DNA from: Propionicimonas sp.
Lineage (GTDB): Bacteria > Actinomycetota > Actinomycetes > Propionibacteriales > Propionibacteriaceae
Length of the DNA: 34,596 bases
Assembly: GCA_031119515.1 (NCBI GenBank)
Contig: JAVHXR010000001.1
Location: 1 to 34,596 of the forward strand
Direction of reading: 5' to 3'
Below the pieces are notes generated by a model, which worked only from the letters and a program-made list of their open reading frames with translations, did not search any database and was not told where the DNA came from. The position numbers and the translations under genes are program-made. Numbering within the stretch: the first letter of the stretch is position 1; every line of letters begins with the position of its first letter. Of the stretch, positions 1 to 9,002 are shown one piece after another.

Positions 1-72
1 GGGCTTGGGGTGGCAGGCGATCCCGTAGCGTCCCTGCCTCGGAACCGGCGACCCCGCCGCCGGGCCGTCGCC

Positions 73-78
73 TACTAT
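73..78 (+). promoter_or_regulatory. Putative -10 element (TACTAT) of a leaderless promoter for the 86..2509 gene
   Basis: TANNNT hexamer 7 nt before GTG86, no Shine-Dalgarno in between. Confidence 0.55.
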
Positions 79-85
79 CCAGAGA

Positions 86-2509
86 GTGACCCCCGACCCC
101 CCGTGGTACACCGCAGTTCTGCGTCGAGCCAAGCGGTTGGCTCGGGGAGCGGTGCGCCGGATCGCGCGGACGGGACCGCCCCGGCAGCCCGCGACGATGG
201 CCGGGCCGCAGCTGATCCTGACCGGCGTCCGCCGCTACACGGTGCGGGTCAGGCTCGGGTCGACTCCCGCCATGGCGGCGGTTGACTCCGCCCGCGAGTG
301 CCTCGACGGACGCAACCTCGCAGGGGCGCTCCGGCTCGGGTACACGCTGCTGCGCGAGCCGGCGACAGCGGACGCGGGCCACGCGGTGCTCGGCCTGGCG
401 CACGCGTCGAGCTCGTCGCCGGCACTGGCCTGGGCCGAGTTCTCCCGGATCGGGGATCCCGAGGTGATCGCCGCCTTCGGAAACGACTACTTCCCGGCCG
501 GCTTCCGGGTCGACCCGGTCGCGACGTCGGCCGTCGCCAGACGCCTGCTCGATCATGTCGGCTGGCCCGAGCTGCCCGCCTCGGTGTCGGTCACGATCGC
601 CCAGCACGCCTTCTCGGTCGGGTCCGACGAGGTGGCCCGCCGCTACCTCGCCGCGGCCGAGGAGGGCCGGCTCGGCCCCACCGCCGCGATCGGCGACCAG
701 TTCGGCCGGCTGGCGTCATGGCTGCCGGGCGGGGAGCACAGGGCGCCGGTTCCCGACCTTCCGGCCGACCTCCGGTTCGGCGTCCTCGACCATCGCCAGC
801 CGGCCCACCGCAGCCGCAACGTCGGCGACTACATCCAGTCGCTGGCGGGACTCGGGCTGCTCGTGCGCCGCCGCGACCTGACCTTCGTGGGGGACGACGA
901 GCTGACCGGGCTCGCCGGGGAGCTGGCGGCGAAGGTGAAGCGGGGCAGGGAGCTGGCCGGGCCCCGCCGGGTGGTCCACCTGGTCGGCCTCGAGCGGGAG
1001 GCGACCAGCTACCAGGACCTCCCCGGCCCGATCTGGGCGGTGATGGCGGGGTGGTACTCCCACCCGACCTTCTCCGGGGGTTGGGGGGTGCCGTTCCATC
1101 CCGCGATCCGGCCGATCCTGGTCTCGTTCCACATCGCCAGCGCCGCCTCGCTGACGGCGGAGGCGATCGACTACCTGCGGCGCTACGGCCCGGTCGGCGG
1201 CCGGGACTGGCAGACCGTCGCGCTGCTGCGGGCAGCCGGCGTCCCCTCGTTCTTCTCCGGGTGCGTCTCGATGACGGTCGACACGCTGTTCCCGGACGCC
1301 GACCAGTCCGCCCGGGTGCGCACCGCCTTCGTCGACCCGCACAAGCTGACAAGGGACGACGCCAAGGGCGACGTCATCGAGCAGGACGGCCACGACCTGC
1401 GTTCGGATCCGCTGCCGGTCAACCTGCGCCGGGCGCATGACTGGGTCGAGCGCTTCCACAGCGTGTACGCCGACGTGGTGACCACGCGGCTGCACAGCTA
1501 CCTGCCGGCCCGCGCGGTCGGGTGCGCGGTCCGGTTCGAGCCGGCCAATCCCAGCGACGTCTGCTACGGCGGCCTGCTCGACCTGGACGACCTGCAGTTC
1601 GATGCCTTGCGCAGCGGCCTGCTGGACAAGACCGGCGCCGTGCTCCAGCTCCTGCTGGACGGCGCCGACGAGGACGCGGTGTACGCCCGCTGGCGGGAGC
1701 TCTGCGCGCCCGACGTGGCCGAGGCCGAGCGCTTCCTCGACTCCTTCGAGCTGCCGGAGCACCCGTTGCCGGAGCCGTCGGTTCCGGTGCCGCTGAGCTC
1801 CCGGCTGGTGCTGATCGACGCTCCGTACCGCTCCGAGAAGGGCGTCCGGCGGCTGCTGGAGTCGCTCGCGGAGCATGCGCCCGGGTTGCCGGTGGTGCTG
1901 GTCGGGGCCGCCGGCGAGCATGCCGACGTGGACCGCTGGATCCGGGACCTGCCGGTGCCCGAGCGGGGATCTGCGCAGCAGCAGCAGGCGTTGCTGGTGG
2001 CGAGCGTTCTGAACTCCCTGCCGAGCGGGGTCCGCGCGTTGCTGCTGCCGTCCGATGCCGTGGTGCGCGGCCCGCTGGAGGGGCTGTTCGAGGTGGACCT
2101 CGCGGGCGCGGCGGTCGCAGCCGGGGACGAGCTGCGCCGCGGGCGCCAGGACCTGTCGACGATGCTCCGCCGGATCGCCACCCGCCAGGCCCGCGGCTGG
2201 CAGGACGCGCTGGCACTGCTGGCGGCGAGCCAGGCCAGGTGCGGCCACGGTGCCACCGCCTTCGACCCCAGGGTCTCGGTGGTGGATCCGGACGCGCTCC
2301 GTGCCGCGGGGTTCGCCACCCTCGCCCGTCCGCTGATCGAGGATTTCGGCGCCAGCCTCGGCGAGACGCTCAACATCGTGCTGCGCGGACGGCGGGCCGC
2401 GCTGGGTCCCGGCGACCACGGCAACGTCGCGCTGGAGACCCCTGCGGCAGGTGCCACCGTGATCTCCGGGCTGTCCCAGGCCCGGATGGGCGCCCACTGG
2501 TTCGCCTGA
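86..2509 (+). CDS. Multidomain protein: helical N-terminal region, polysaccharide pyruvyltransferase-like domain, degenerate GT8-like C-terminal domain
   Basis: NVGDYIQSLA, GGRD..T..LL and VVTTRLHSYLPARAVG are pyruvyltransferase-family motifs; C-terminal RALLLPSDAVVRGPLEGLFEVDLAGAAVAA follows the GT8 pattern; GC-rich third positions. Confidence 0.7.
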   Translation: MTPDPPWYTAVLRRAKRLARGAVRRIARTGPPRQPATMAGPQLILTGVRRYTVRVRLGSTPAMAAVDSARECLDGRNLAGALRLGYTLLREPATADAGHAVLGLAHASSSSPALAWAEFSRIGDPEVIAAFGNDYFPAGFRVDPVATSAVARRLLDHVGWPELPASVSVTIAQHAFSVGSDEVARRYLAAAEEGRLGPTAAIGDQFGRLASWLPGGEHRAPVPDLPADLRFGVLDHRQPAHRSRNVGDYIQSLAGLGLLVRRRDLTFVGDDELTGLAGELAAKVKRGRELAGPRRVVHLVGLEREATSYQDLPGPIWAVMAGWYSHPTFSGGWGVPFHPAIRPILVSFHIASAASLTAEAIDYLRRYGPVGGRDWQTVALLRAAGVPSFFSGCVSMTVDTLFPDADQSARVRTAFVDPHKLTRDDAKGDVIEQDGHDLRSDPLPVNLRRAHDWVERFHSVYADVVTTRLHSYLPARAVGCAVRFEPANPSDVCYGGLLDLDDLQFDALRSGLLDKTGAVLQLLLDGADEDAVYARWRELCAPDVAEAERFLDSFELPEHPLPEPSVPVPLSSRLVLIDAPYRSEKGVRRLLESLAEHAPGLPVVLVGAAGEHADVDRWIRDLPVPERGSAQQQQALLVASVLNSLPSGVRALLLPSDAVVRGPLEGLFEVDLAGAAVAAGDELRRGRQDLSTMLRRIATRQARGWQDALALLAASQARCGHGATAFDPRVSVVDPDALRAAGFATLARPLIEDFGASLGETLNIVLRGRRAALGPGDHGNVALETPAAGATVISGLSQARMGAHWFA

Positions 2510-2533
2510 CGCGGCGCCGCCGGGTGACCGCGG

Positions 2534-4378
2534 TCAGGCGGTCGCCGCCGCGATCCGCTGCCGCAGCAGCCCCAGCTGTTCGAGGAGGTCGGCCGGGAGC
2601 CGGTCGCCGAACCGGGCGAAGTACTCCTGTGTCAGGTCGGCCTCGGCCGCCCAGGCAGCCGGGTCGAGCGCGAACAGCTGCGCCAGGGCGTCGTCGGCGA
2701 GGTCCAGCCCGTCGGTGTTGAGGTCACCGGGCAGCGGCAGCCGTCCCGAGATCGCGTCGACCGCTGCCAGTTCCCCCGCCACCCGCCGCAGGGCCCACGC
2801 GATCGGGCGGGAGTTGTCCCCGAAGCCGGGCCACAGGTAGTCGCCGTCGTGGCCCTTGCGGAACCAGTTGACCGCGAAGATCCGGGGCGCCTTGTCGCCC
2901 AGCCGCTCGCCGACCCTGAGCCAGTGGTGCCAGTAGTCGGCCATGTTGTAGCCGCAGAACGGCAGCATCGCGAACGGGTCGCGCCGCAGCGCTCCCACCG
3001 TCCCTTCCGCCGCAGCGGTCTGCTCGGAGGCGACGGTCGCGCCGACGAAGACGCCGTGGGCCCAGTCGTAGGCCTCGCTGATCAGCGGGACGTTCGAGGC
3101 CCGCCGGCCGCCGAACAGGATGACGTCGACGGGGACGCCGTCGGGATCCTCCCAGTCCGGGCTGATCGAGGCCGCCTGGGAGGCATGGACGGTGAACCTG
3201 CTGTTGGGGTGGGCCGCAGGGCGGCCGCTGGCCGGCGTCCAGTCGAGCCCGCGCCAGTCGACCAGGTGCGCCGGCGGGGTCTCGGTCAGTCCTTCCCACC
3301 AGACGTCGCCGTCGTCGGTCAGCGCGACGTTGGTGAAGATGGTGTCGTGGTCGAGGGCGTGCAGCGCGGTCGGGTTGGTCGTCTCCGAGGTCCCGGGGGC
3401 CACGCCGAAGAAGCCGGCCTCGGGGTTGATCGCGTACAGCCGGCCGTCCGGCCCCGGGCGCATCCAGGCGATGTCGTCGCCGACCGTCTCGACCGTCCAG
3501 CCCGGGATGGTGGGACGCAGCATCGCGAGGTTCGTCTTGCCGCAGGCCGAGGGGAAGGCCGCAGTCAGGTGGAAGACGCGGCCGTCGGCGTGGCTGATCC
3601 GAAGGATCAGCATGTGCTCGGCCAGCCAGCCCTCGTCCCTGGCGAGCACGGACGCGATCCGCAGCGCGTAGCACTTCTTGCCGAGCAGGGCGTTGCCGCC
3701 GTACCCGGAGCCGTAGGACCAGATCTCGCGGGTCTCGGGGAAGTGCACGATGTACTTCTCGTCGTTGCAGGGCCAGGCCACGTCCGGCCGCGGGACACCG
3801 TCCGGAGAGACCAGCGGGTACCCGACCGAGTGGACGGCGGGAACCCAGTACTCCCCGGCGTTGATGCGGGCCATCGCCTGGTCGCCCATCCGGGTCATCA
3901 TCCGCATCCCGACCACCACGTACGGGCTGTCGGTCACCTCGATGCCCAGCCGCGAGATCGGGCCGCCCAGCGGTCCCATCGAGAACGGGACGACGTAGAG
4001 CGTCCGTCCGCGCATGCTGCCCTCGAAGGCCCGCGCCAAGGTGGACCGCATCGCCTCGGGGTCGGCCCAGTTGTTGGTCGGACCGGCGTCGTCGGGGTCG
4101 GCCGAGCAGATGAAGGTGCGCGCCTCGACCCGTGCGACGTCGGAGGGTGCCGAGCGGGCCAGGTAGCAGCCGGGGCGGAGGTTCTGGTCCAGCTCGATGA
4201 AGGTGCCGGCGTCCACCAGGCCGCGGTAGAGCAGGTCGCGTTCCTGCTCGGACCCGTCGCACCACTGGATCGACTCGGGTTGAGCCAGCTCGGCCACCGC
4301 TGCGACCCAGGCGAGGACGTCGGCCGGTGTCCCGGCTGGCGCTGCGTTGGCGATTGTGGCGTTGGCAAGGCTCATCAT
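2534..4378 (-). CDS. pckG: Phosphoenolpyruvate carboxykinase (GTP)
   Basis: [70 protein letters not shown]; GAGGAG RBS upstream. Confidence 0.98.
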   Translation of the reverse strand: MMSLANATIANAAPAGTPADVLAWVAAVAELAQPESIQWCDGSEQERDLLYRGLVDAGTFIELDQNLRPGCYLARSAPSDVARVEARTFICSADPDDAGPTNNWADPEAMRSTLARAFEGSMRGRTLYVVPFSMGPLGGPISRLGIEVTDSPYVVVGMRMMTRMGDQAMARINAGEYWVPAVHSVGYPLVSPDGVPRPDVAWPCNDEKYIVHFPETREIWSYGSGYGGNALLGKKCYALRIASVLARDEGWLAEHMLILRISHADGRVFHLTAAFPSACGKTNLAMLRPTIPGWTVETVGDDIAWMRPGPDGRLYAINPEAGFFGVAPGTSETTNPTALHALDHDTIFTNVALTDDGDVWWEGLTETPPAHLVDWRGLDWTPASGRPAAHPNSRFTVHASQAASISPDWEDPDGVPVDVILFGGRRASNVPLISEAYDWAHGVFVGATVASEQTAAAEGTVGALRRDPFAMLPFCGYNMADYWHHWLRVGERLGDKAPRIFAVNWFRKGHDGDYLWPGFGDNSRPIAWALRRVAGELAAVDAISGRLPLPGDLNTDGLDLADDALAQLFALDPAAWAAEADLTQEYFARFGDRLPADLLEQLGLLRQRIAAATA

Positions 4379-4451
4379 CGGCTCCTCGGCGGTCGCGACG
4401 GTGCGAGGCGGGTGGGCTCGTCCACGTGCGGACGAACCGGCCGCTGATCAG

Positions 4452-4489
4452 ATGATCACACACGATGGCCGTGCATGCACAAACGTGCA
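4452..4489 (-). promoter_or_regulatory. Putative pckG promoter: extended -10 (TGT-GATCAT) plus palindromic operator TGCAC-N4-GTGCA over the -35 region
   Basis: ATGATCACA at 4452-4460 on +; TGCACAAACGTGCA at 4476-4489. Confidence 0.4.
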
Positions 4490-4529
4490 GCAGAGGGACG
4501 CCGGACGGCCCGGTCGCGAGGCTCCCGGT

Positions 4530-4559
4530 TTGGCGACCCCTGTAGCCGTCGAGTATGGT
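4530..4559 (+). promoter_or_regulatory. Sigma-A-like promoter for tRNA-Arg
   Basis: TTGGCG (4530-4535), 18 nt spacer, TATGGT (4554-4559), 14 nt ahead of the tRNA. Confidence 0.55.
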
Positions 4560-4573
4560 GTAAGACGCCCTTT

Positions 4574-4646
4574 GCGCTCGTGGCTCAACGGATAGAGCAT
4601 CTGACTACGGATCAGAAGGTTGGGGGTTCGAGTCCCTCCGAGCGCG
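4574..4646 (+). tRNA. tRNA-Arg(ACG), CCA not encoded
   Basis: Acceptor stem GCGCTCG/CGAGCGC, D arm GCTC..GAGC, anticodon arm TCTGA-CTACGGA-TCAGA (ACG at 4607-4609), T loop GGTTCGAGTCC; 73 nt. Confidence 0.98.
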
Positions 4647-4660
4647 CTGGTTGTGGGGAA

Positions 4661-4725
4661 TCCCGGTCAGGTGACCGGGAAGGGCGTTTCAGGAGCCCGG
4701 GTCGGTGACGACCCGGGCTCTCCTG
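4661..4725 (+). terminator. Two tandem hairpins after the tRNA (terminator or processing signal)
   Basis: TCCCGGTC-AGGT-GACCGGGA (4661-4680) and GAGCCCGGGTCG-GTGA-CGACCCGGGCTC (4693-4720, GNRA loop). Confidence 0.65.
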
Positions 4726-4828
4726 TTCCCGGGGCCGATGGCCGGGCTCTCGGCTCGGGTGGATCGACCCCGAGGTGTCTCCTGGTGTTCACCGGGTGTT
4801 CTGGTCTGTGGCCGATACTCGCGGAACC

Positions 4829-5791
4829 ATGGACGAGCAGGAACCCGTCGCGCTCACGGTCATCGTGCCCTTCTACGACTGCGAGCCGTGGGCTGCCGAG
4901 ACGCTGCGCAGCCTGCGGCGCGCGGCGCGTCCGGGCATCGAGTTCGTGCTGGTCGAGGACGGCTCGCGCGACGGCACCCTCGGTGTCCTCGAGGCCGGGG
5001 TTGCCGACGTCCCCGGTGCCCGGCTGGTGGTGCACCCGGCCAACCGCGGCGCGTCCGCGGCCAGGAACACCGGCCTGGACCACGCGAGGGGACGTTACGT
5101 CGCGTTCCTCGACGGCGACGACTTCGTGCTCCCCGACTACTACGAGGACCTGCTCGGCTGGATCCGTCGGCTCGAGGTCGACTTCGTCCGCACCGACCAC
5201 GTCCAGGTGTTCGGGCGCCGCCGGGAGGTGCACCGGATCCCGTTCGGTCCGCGCGGCGTCAGGGCCGATCCGCGCACCGGCATCCTGCCCACCCGGACGA
5301 TGACGAGCATCGACATCCCGAACGTCTGGTGCGGTATCTACGATCGCCTCGCCCTCGGTGACGCGCTCCGCTTCGACGAGGAGTTGACCACCTGCAACGA
5401 CCGGCCACAGATGTGGCGGGTCTATCTCGCCGCGGGCAGCTTCGCCGTCCTGGGGCTGACCGGGGTGTTCTACCGTCGCGAGGTGGCCGGCTCGCTGACC
5501 GCGACCATCGCCGAACGCAACCTGCGCTTCGTCGACGCCTACGAGCTGATCCTCGCCGGGGTGGCGGCCGATCGGGACGCCTTCCGGTTCCTGCCCAAGG
5601 CGCACCAGAGCTACCTCGCCGTTGCCTGCCACCACCTGCGCCGCGGCTACCCGGCCGGGGTGCGGGACGAGCTGGTGCGCTCGCTGCGGGTGTCGTTCGG
5701 GCCGTGGTGGCACGAAGGACTGGGCGCTGCGGCGGCAAGGCTTGACCCGGCCCGCCGCGAGCTGTTGCACGCCAACGGGGTCTGGCTGTGA
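4829..5791 (+). CDS. Glycosyltransferase family 2 (type found in actinobacterial nonulosonate/Kdn glycopolymer clusters)
   Basis: LTVIVPFYD, LVEDGSRDGT, SAARNTG, FLDGDD, VDFVRTDHVQ, FYRREVAGSLT; ATG4829 preferred over the longer ORF start. Confidence 0.9.
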   Translation: MDEQEPVALTVIVPFYDCEPWAAETLRSLRRAARPGIEFVLVEDGSRDGTLGVLEAGVADVPGARLVVHPANRGASAARNTGLDHARGRYVAFLDGDDFVLPDYYEDLLGWIRRLEVDFVRTDHVQVFGRRREVHRIPFGPRGVRADPRTGILPTRTMTSIDIPNVWCGIYDRLALGDALRFDEELTTCNDRPQMWRVYLAAGSFAVLGLTGVFYRREVAGSLTATIAERNLRFVDAYELILAGVAADRDAFRFLPKAHQSYLAVACHHLRRGYPAGVRDELVRSLRVSFGPWWHEGLGAAAARLDPARRELLHANGVWL

Positions 5792-7062
5792 CGACGGGGA
5801 CGCAGCTGTGCCTCGTCCGCGACCCGGTGGACCTGGCGATGCTGGCCGCCCTGGCCGACGCCGGCGCTCTCGGCTCACCCCGGCGTCGCATTCTCCTGAC
5901 CGCAGCCGTCTCGGAGGTGCCCGAGACCGAACCACGCCTCGACGACGCGCCTGCCTGTGCCCGGCTCCTGACCCGGTTCGACCAGGTGGTCGACCTGAAC
6001 GACGCGATCCATCCGTCCCACCCATCCCGGTGGCTGCCGCGCGCCGTGGAGGAGCCGGTCTGGGAGCGCTACTTCCGCGGCCTGTGGGGGCTCGGGACCG
6101 GGGCGGTCGAGGTGGTCCTGCCGCGGCCGGACGAGGCTCCCGGCTCCAGCGTCGGACTGGTCTTCGGGGACGCCCCGGTGGTGGCCTACCAGACCGAGGC
6201 TGGGAGCTACGGGCCGACGTCGGCAGGGTTTCCGGTACGGCTGGGGAGCCGGCTGCGGGAGGTTCACCACCTCGACCTGGTGACCGGACTCGACCCCGTG
6301 GGTCTCTCCGAGTGGGAGACGCCCGCGCGGCCGGTCGCCGTCGGCCGGCTGGCGGCGGGCCTGGCCGGGATCTGCCCACCGACGCCTGCCGGGGTGCTGG
6401 GCTGGCGTGCCGCCCGGTCGGGGAGGCGCGGGCGACCAGCGGCGCTGCTGGTGGCCGACCTGGCCGAACGACCCGGCTCGGTCAGCGCCGCCGATGGTGC
6501 GCGGCTCCTGGCCACCGTCAGCTACCTCGAGCAACCGGCGCTGCACCCCGAGTTCGCGGAGTTGGCGGCGCACCTCGTGGGTCGTGAGTACGCCCGCTTC
6601 GCCCCCCATCTCAGCCCGGACCGGCTGGTCGACCTGGGACTAGCGCCCGGGAGCGACCGGATCCTGTGGGAGCTGGGGGCCGTCCTGCGCCGTAGCCGCA
6701 AGCAGCGGATCAGGTCCGCCGGCCATCGGCTCGGGCGCCGGATCCTCGCCCGGGCGCGTCGGTCGGGTGTCGACCCACGGCATGAAGAACTGGACCAGTG
6801 GACCGATGGCGAGGGCGTAGACCACCGTCCCGATCCCGACAGTGCCGCCGAGCAGCCAGCCGATCGCCAGAACCGTGAGCTCGATCCCGGTGCGCACCAG
6901 CCGGATACTCGCACCGGTGCGCGCGGTGATCGCCACCCACAGGCCGTCGCGAGGCCCCGGACCGAGCCCGGCACCGACATAGAGGGCGCCGGCCAGCCCG
7001 TTCAGCACCACGCCGCCGACCAGGAGCGCGATCCGCCAGCCGAGCTCCCGCGGCACCGGTAG
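5788..7062 (+). CDS. Polysialyltransferase-family-like glycosyltransferase, degenerate or internally shortened; about the last 100 codons run antisense into yczE
   Basis: RRILL..VPET, HPSRWLPR..EPVWERYFR.LWGLG, SYGPT and HLDLV.GL.P resemble the actinobacterial family; GTGA overlap with the GT2 gene; expected YADG and KPHP motifs not present. Confidence 0.6.
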   Translation: MTTGTQLCLVRDPVDLAMLAALADAGALGSPRRRILLTAAVSEVPETEPRLDDAPACARLLTRFDQVVDLNDAIHPSHPSRWLPRAVEEPVWERYFRGLWGLGTGAVEVVLPRPDEAPGSSVGLVFGDAPVVAYQTEAGSYGPTSAGFPVRLGSRLREVHHLDLVTGLDPVGLSEWETPARPVAVGRLAAGLAGICPPTPAGVLGWRAARSGRRGRPAALLVADLAERPGSVSAADGARLLATVSYLEQPALHPEFAELAAHLVGREYARFAPHLSPDRLVDLGLAPGSDRILWELGAVLRRSRKQRIRSAGHRLGRRILARARRSGVDPRHEELDQWTDGEGVDHRPDPDSAAEQPADRQNRELDPGAHQPDTRTGARGDRHPQAVARPRTEPGTDIEGAGQPVQHHAADQERDPPAELPRHR

Positions 7063-7356
7063 CGCCGCGAGTCCGAAGTCGGCCGCGAGTCCGATCACCA
7101 GGATGTTGAGGACGGTCCCGATCCCCGGCTTCTGCCGCAGCGGGATCCACAGCAGCAGCACCAGCGCCCCGACCACGATCGCCACCTGGCCGAAGCTCAG
7201 TGGAACGACCCGGGTGACTCCCTCGTGGAAGACGTCCCACGGGTCGAGCCCCAACTGGCTGCGCACCAACATGGCCATCGACCAGCCGTACAGGAACAGC
7301 CCGATCAGGAGCTGGCCGAGACGGCGAGGGAGCTGACGGCGGGAAGAGTGGTGCAC
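6640..7356 (-). CDS. yczE: YczE/YyaS/YitT-family membrane protein
   Basis: LGLDPWDVFHEG, PLRQKPGIGT, AGLGPGPRDGL, GGTVGIGT..ALAIGPLVQFF; divergent from a MocR regulator. Confidence 0.92.
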   Translation of the reverse strand: MHHSSRRQLPRRLGQLLIGLFLYGWSMAMLVRSQLGLDPWDVFHEGVTRVVPLSFGQVAIVVGALVLLLWIPLRQKPGIGTVLNILVIGLAADFGLAALPVPRELGWRIALLVGGVVLNGLAGALYVGAGLGPGPRDGLWVAITARTGASIRLVRTGIELTVLAIGWLLGGTVGIGTVVYALAIGPLVQFFMPWVDTRPTRPGEDPAPEPMAGGPDPLLAATAQDGPQLPQDPVAPGR

Positions 7357-7376
7357 TCAAGGAAGTGTTCTCCGTA

Positions 7377-7415
7377 ATGGACTGTTCAGCAATAGCCAAT
7401 TGTGACAAAGTGGCT
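7377..7415. promoter_or_regulatory. Putative YczR operator (three half-sites) in the yczE-yczR intergenic region
   Basis: ATGGACT (7377-7383), AGCCAAT (7394-7400), AGTGGCT (7409-7415): a direct plus inverted arrangement of the kind MocR regulators use. Confidence 0.55.
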
Positions 7416-7417
7416 CT

Positions 7418-8860
7418 GTGGCCGATGTCCAATCGCTGGCGACTCCCGCCCTCCAACGGTTCGCCCGCCTGCTCCCGCTGCCGTCAGGTACCCCCGCCTA
7501 CCTCGGTCTCTCCCACGGCATCCGCCTGATGATCATGGACGGCCACCTCGCGCTCGGCGCCCGGCTGCCCAGCGAGCGGTTGCTGGCCGCAGGGCTCGGG
7601 CTGAGCCGGACCACCGTCACCAGCGCCTACCGCGATCTGGTCAACACCGGCTGGGCGTCGGCCCGGCAGGGTTCCGGTACGGTCGCCCGGATGCCGGCCA
7701 GGGACAGGGCGCCCTCGCTTCCGCTGGTGCCCGACGGCAGCACCGACACCATCGACCTTTCCGCCGCGGCGGGGCTCGCCCCCAGCGGCACGGCCAACAT
7801 CGTGGCGCGGGCGTTGGAGTGGCTGCCGCGCACGCTCGGCGGGGCCGGCTACGAGCCGGTCGGAGCCCGCCACCTGCGGGAGCGGATCGCCGCCTGGTAC
7901 GAGGGACGGGGTGTCCCGACCGACCCCGACCAGGTGATCGTCACGCCGGGCGCGCTCGCCGCGGTGAACGTCGTCCTGCACGCCCTGGTGCGGCCCGGCG
8001 GCAGGGTCGCGGTCGACGCCCCCACCTACCCCGGCGCGCTCGGGGCGATCGACGCCGCCCGCGCCCGACCGGTCCCGGTCCCGCTCGGCGATGCCGGCTG
8101 GGACCTCCCGGGCTGGGCCGAGACCCTGCGCCGAACCTCGCCGACGGCCGCGTACCTGATCCCCGACTTCCACAACCCGACCGGCCACCTGATGGGTGAC
8201 CCCACCCGCCGCGAACTGGCCGGGCTGCTCGCCCAGGCCGACTGCATCCCGATCGTCGACGAGACCCTGGCCTGCCTCGACCTCGACGGCGGTCCTGGGG
8301 TGGCGGCCTGGGCAGGGCTCGACGACCGCGCGGTGGCCGTCGGGTCGCTGTCGAAGGTGCTGTGGGGAGGATTCCGGGTCGGCTGGATCCGGTGCCCACC
8401 GGCGCTCCTGCCCGCGGTCCGGCAGCGCCAGCTCGCGCTCAGCCTCGGTCCATCGGCGATCGACCAGTTGGTCGCCACCACCTACCTCGAGGCACCGGAG
8501 ACAGTCCTGGCCGAGGTGCTCGACCGGCTGCGGGAGACCCGGGACGCCTGGCTCGACGACCTGGACTGGATGCTGCCCGAGTGGCGCTTCCAGACCCCGC
8601 GCGGCGGGCTGGCGCTGTGGGTCGAGCTACCCCACCCGCTCAGCACGGAGCTGTCCCTGGTGGCCGCCGGCCACGGACTGGCCCTCACCCCCGGGCCGAG
8701 GTTCTCGCCGGACCGCACCCTCGCCAGCCGGCTGCGGCTGCCGCTCACGCTCCCGCCGGACGCGGTGTCGAAGGCCGCCGGCCGGCTGGCCGACGCGTGG
8801 CAGGACACCCTGGACGGGGTTCGCGGTGTCGATCTCGAGCCCCGTTCGCTCCCGCTGTAG
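7418..8860 (+). CDS. yczR: MocR/GabR-family GntR regulator with PLP aminotransferase-like domain (YczR)
   Basis: RLPSERLLA..LGLSRTTVTSAY wHTH; PDFHNPTG; GSLSKVLWGGFRVGW with the PLP lysine. Confidence 0.93.
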   Translation: MADVQSLATPALQRFARLLPLPSGTPAYLGLSHGIRLMIMDGHLALGARLPSERLLAAGLGLSRTTVTSAYRDLVNTGWASARQGSGTVARMPARDRAPSLPLVPDGSTDTIDLSAAAGLAPSGTANIVARALEWLPRTLGGAGYEPVGARHLRERIAAWYEGRGVPTDPDQVIVTPGALAAVNVVLHALVRPGGRVAVDAPTYPGALGAIDAARARPVPVPLGDAGWDLPGWAETLRRTSPTAAYLIPDFHNPTGHLMGDPTRRELAGLLAQADCIPIVDETLACLDLDGGPGVAAWAGLDDRAVAVGSLSKVLWGGFRVGWIRCPPALLPAVRQRQLALSLGPSAIDQLVATTYLEAPETVLAEVLDRLRETRDAWLDDLDWMLPEWRFQTPRGGLALWVELPHPLSTELSLVAAGHGLALTPGPRFSPDRTLASRLRLPLTLPPDAVSKAAGRLADAWQDTLDGVRGVDLEPRSLPL

Positions 8861-9002
8861 CCGCTCCCGCCGTCGGGTGGGGACCCGTCAGGCGCACGTC
8901 CGTCCGCGCTCGCGCCCGGAACTGGTCGATTTCCCAGCCGCCGCCCGTGACGCAGCACCGGCCCCACCGGCACGATGGACGCAAGGCGATCGAGGAGGAC
9001 GC

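Noticed and set aside
4654-4667. TGGGGAATCCCGGT resembling the fba box
   Set aside because: Overlaps the post-tRNA hairpin, matches only partly, and such G/C runs are expected by chance at this GC content
4574-4725. tRNA-Arg as the integration site of a genomic island
   Set aside because: No integrase and no duplicated tRNA 3' end seen in the window; a distant att site cannot be excluded
8196-9002. Long N-terminal extension of the HAD-IIA ORF (532 aa)
   Set aside because: Out-of-frame overlap with yczR; HAD motif I and a strong RBS place the start at GTG9003
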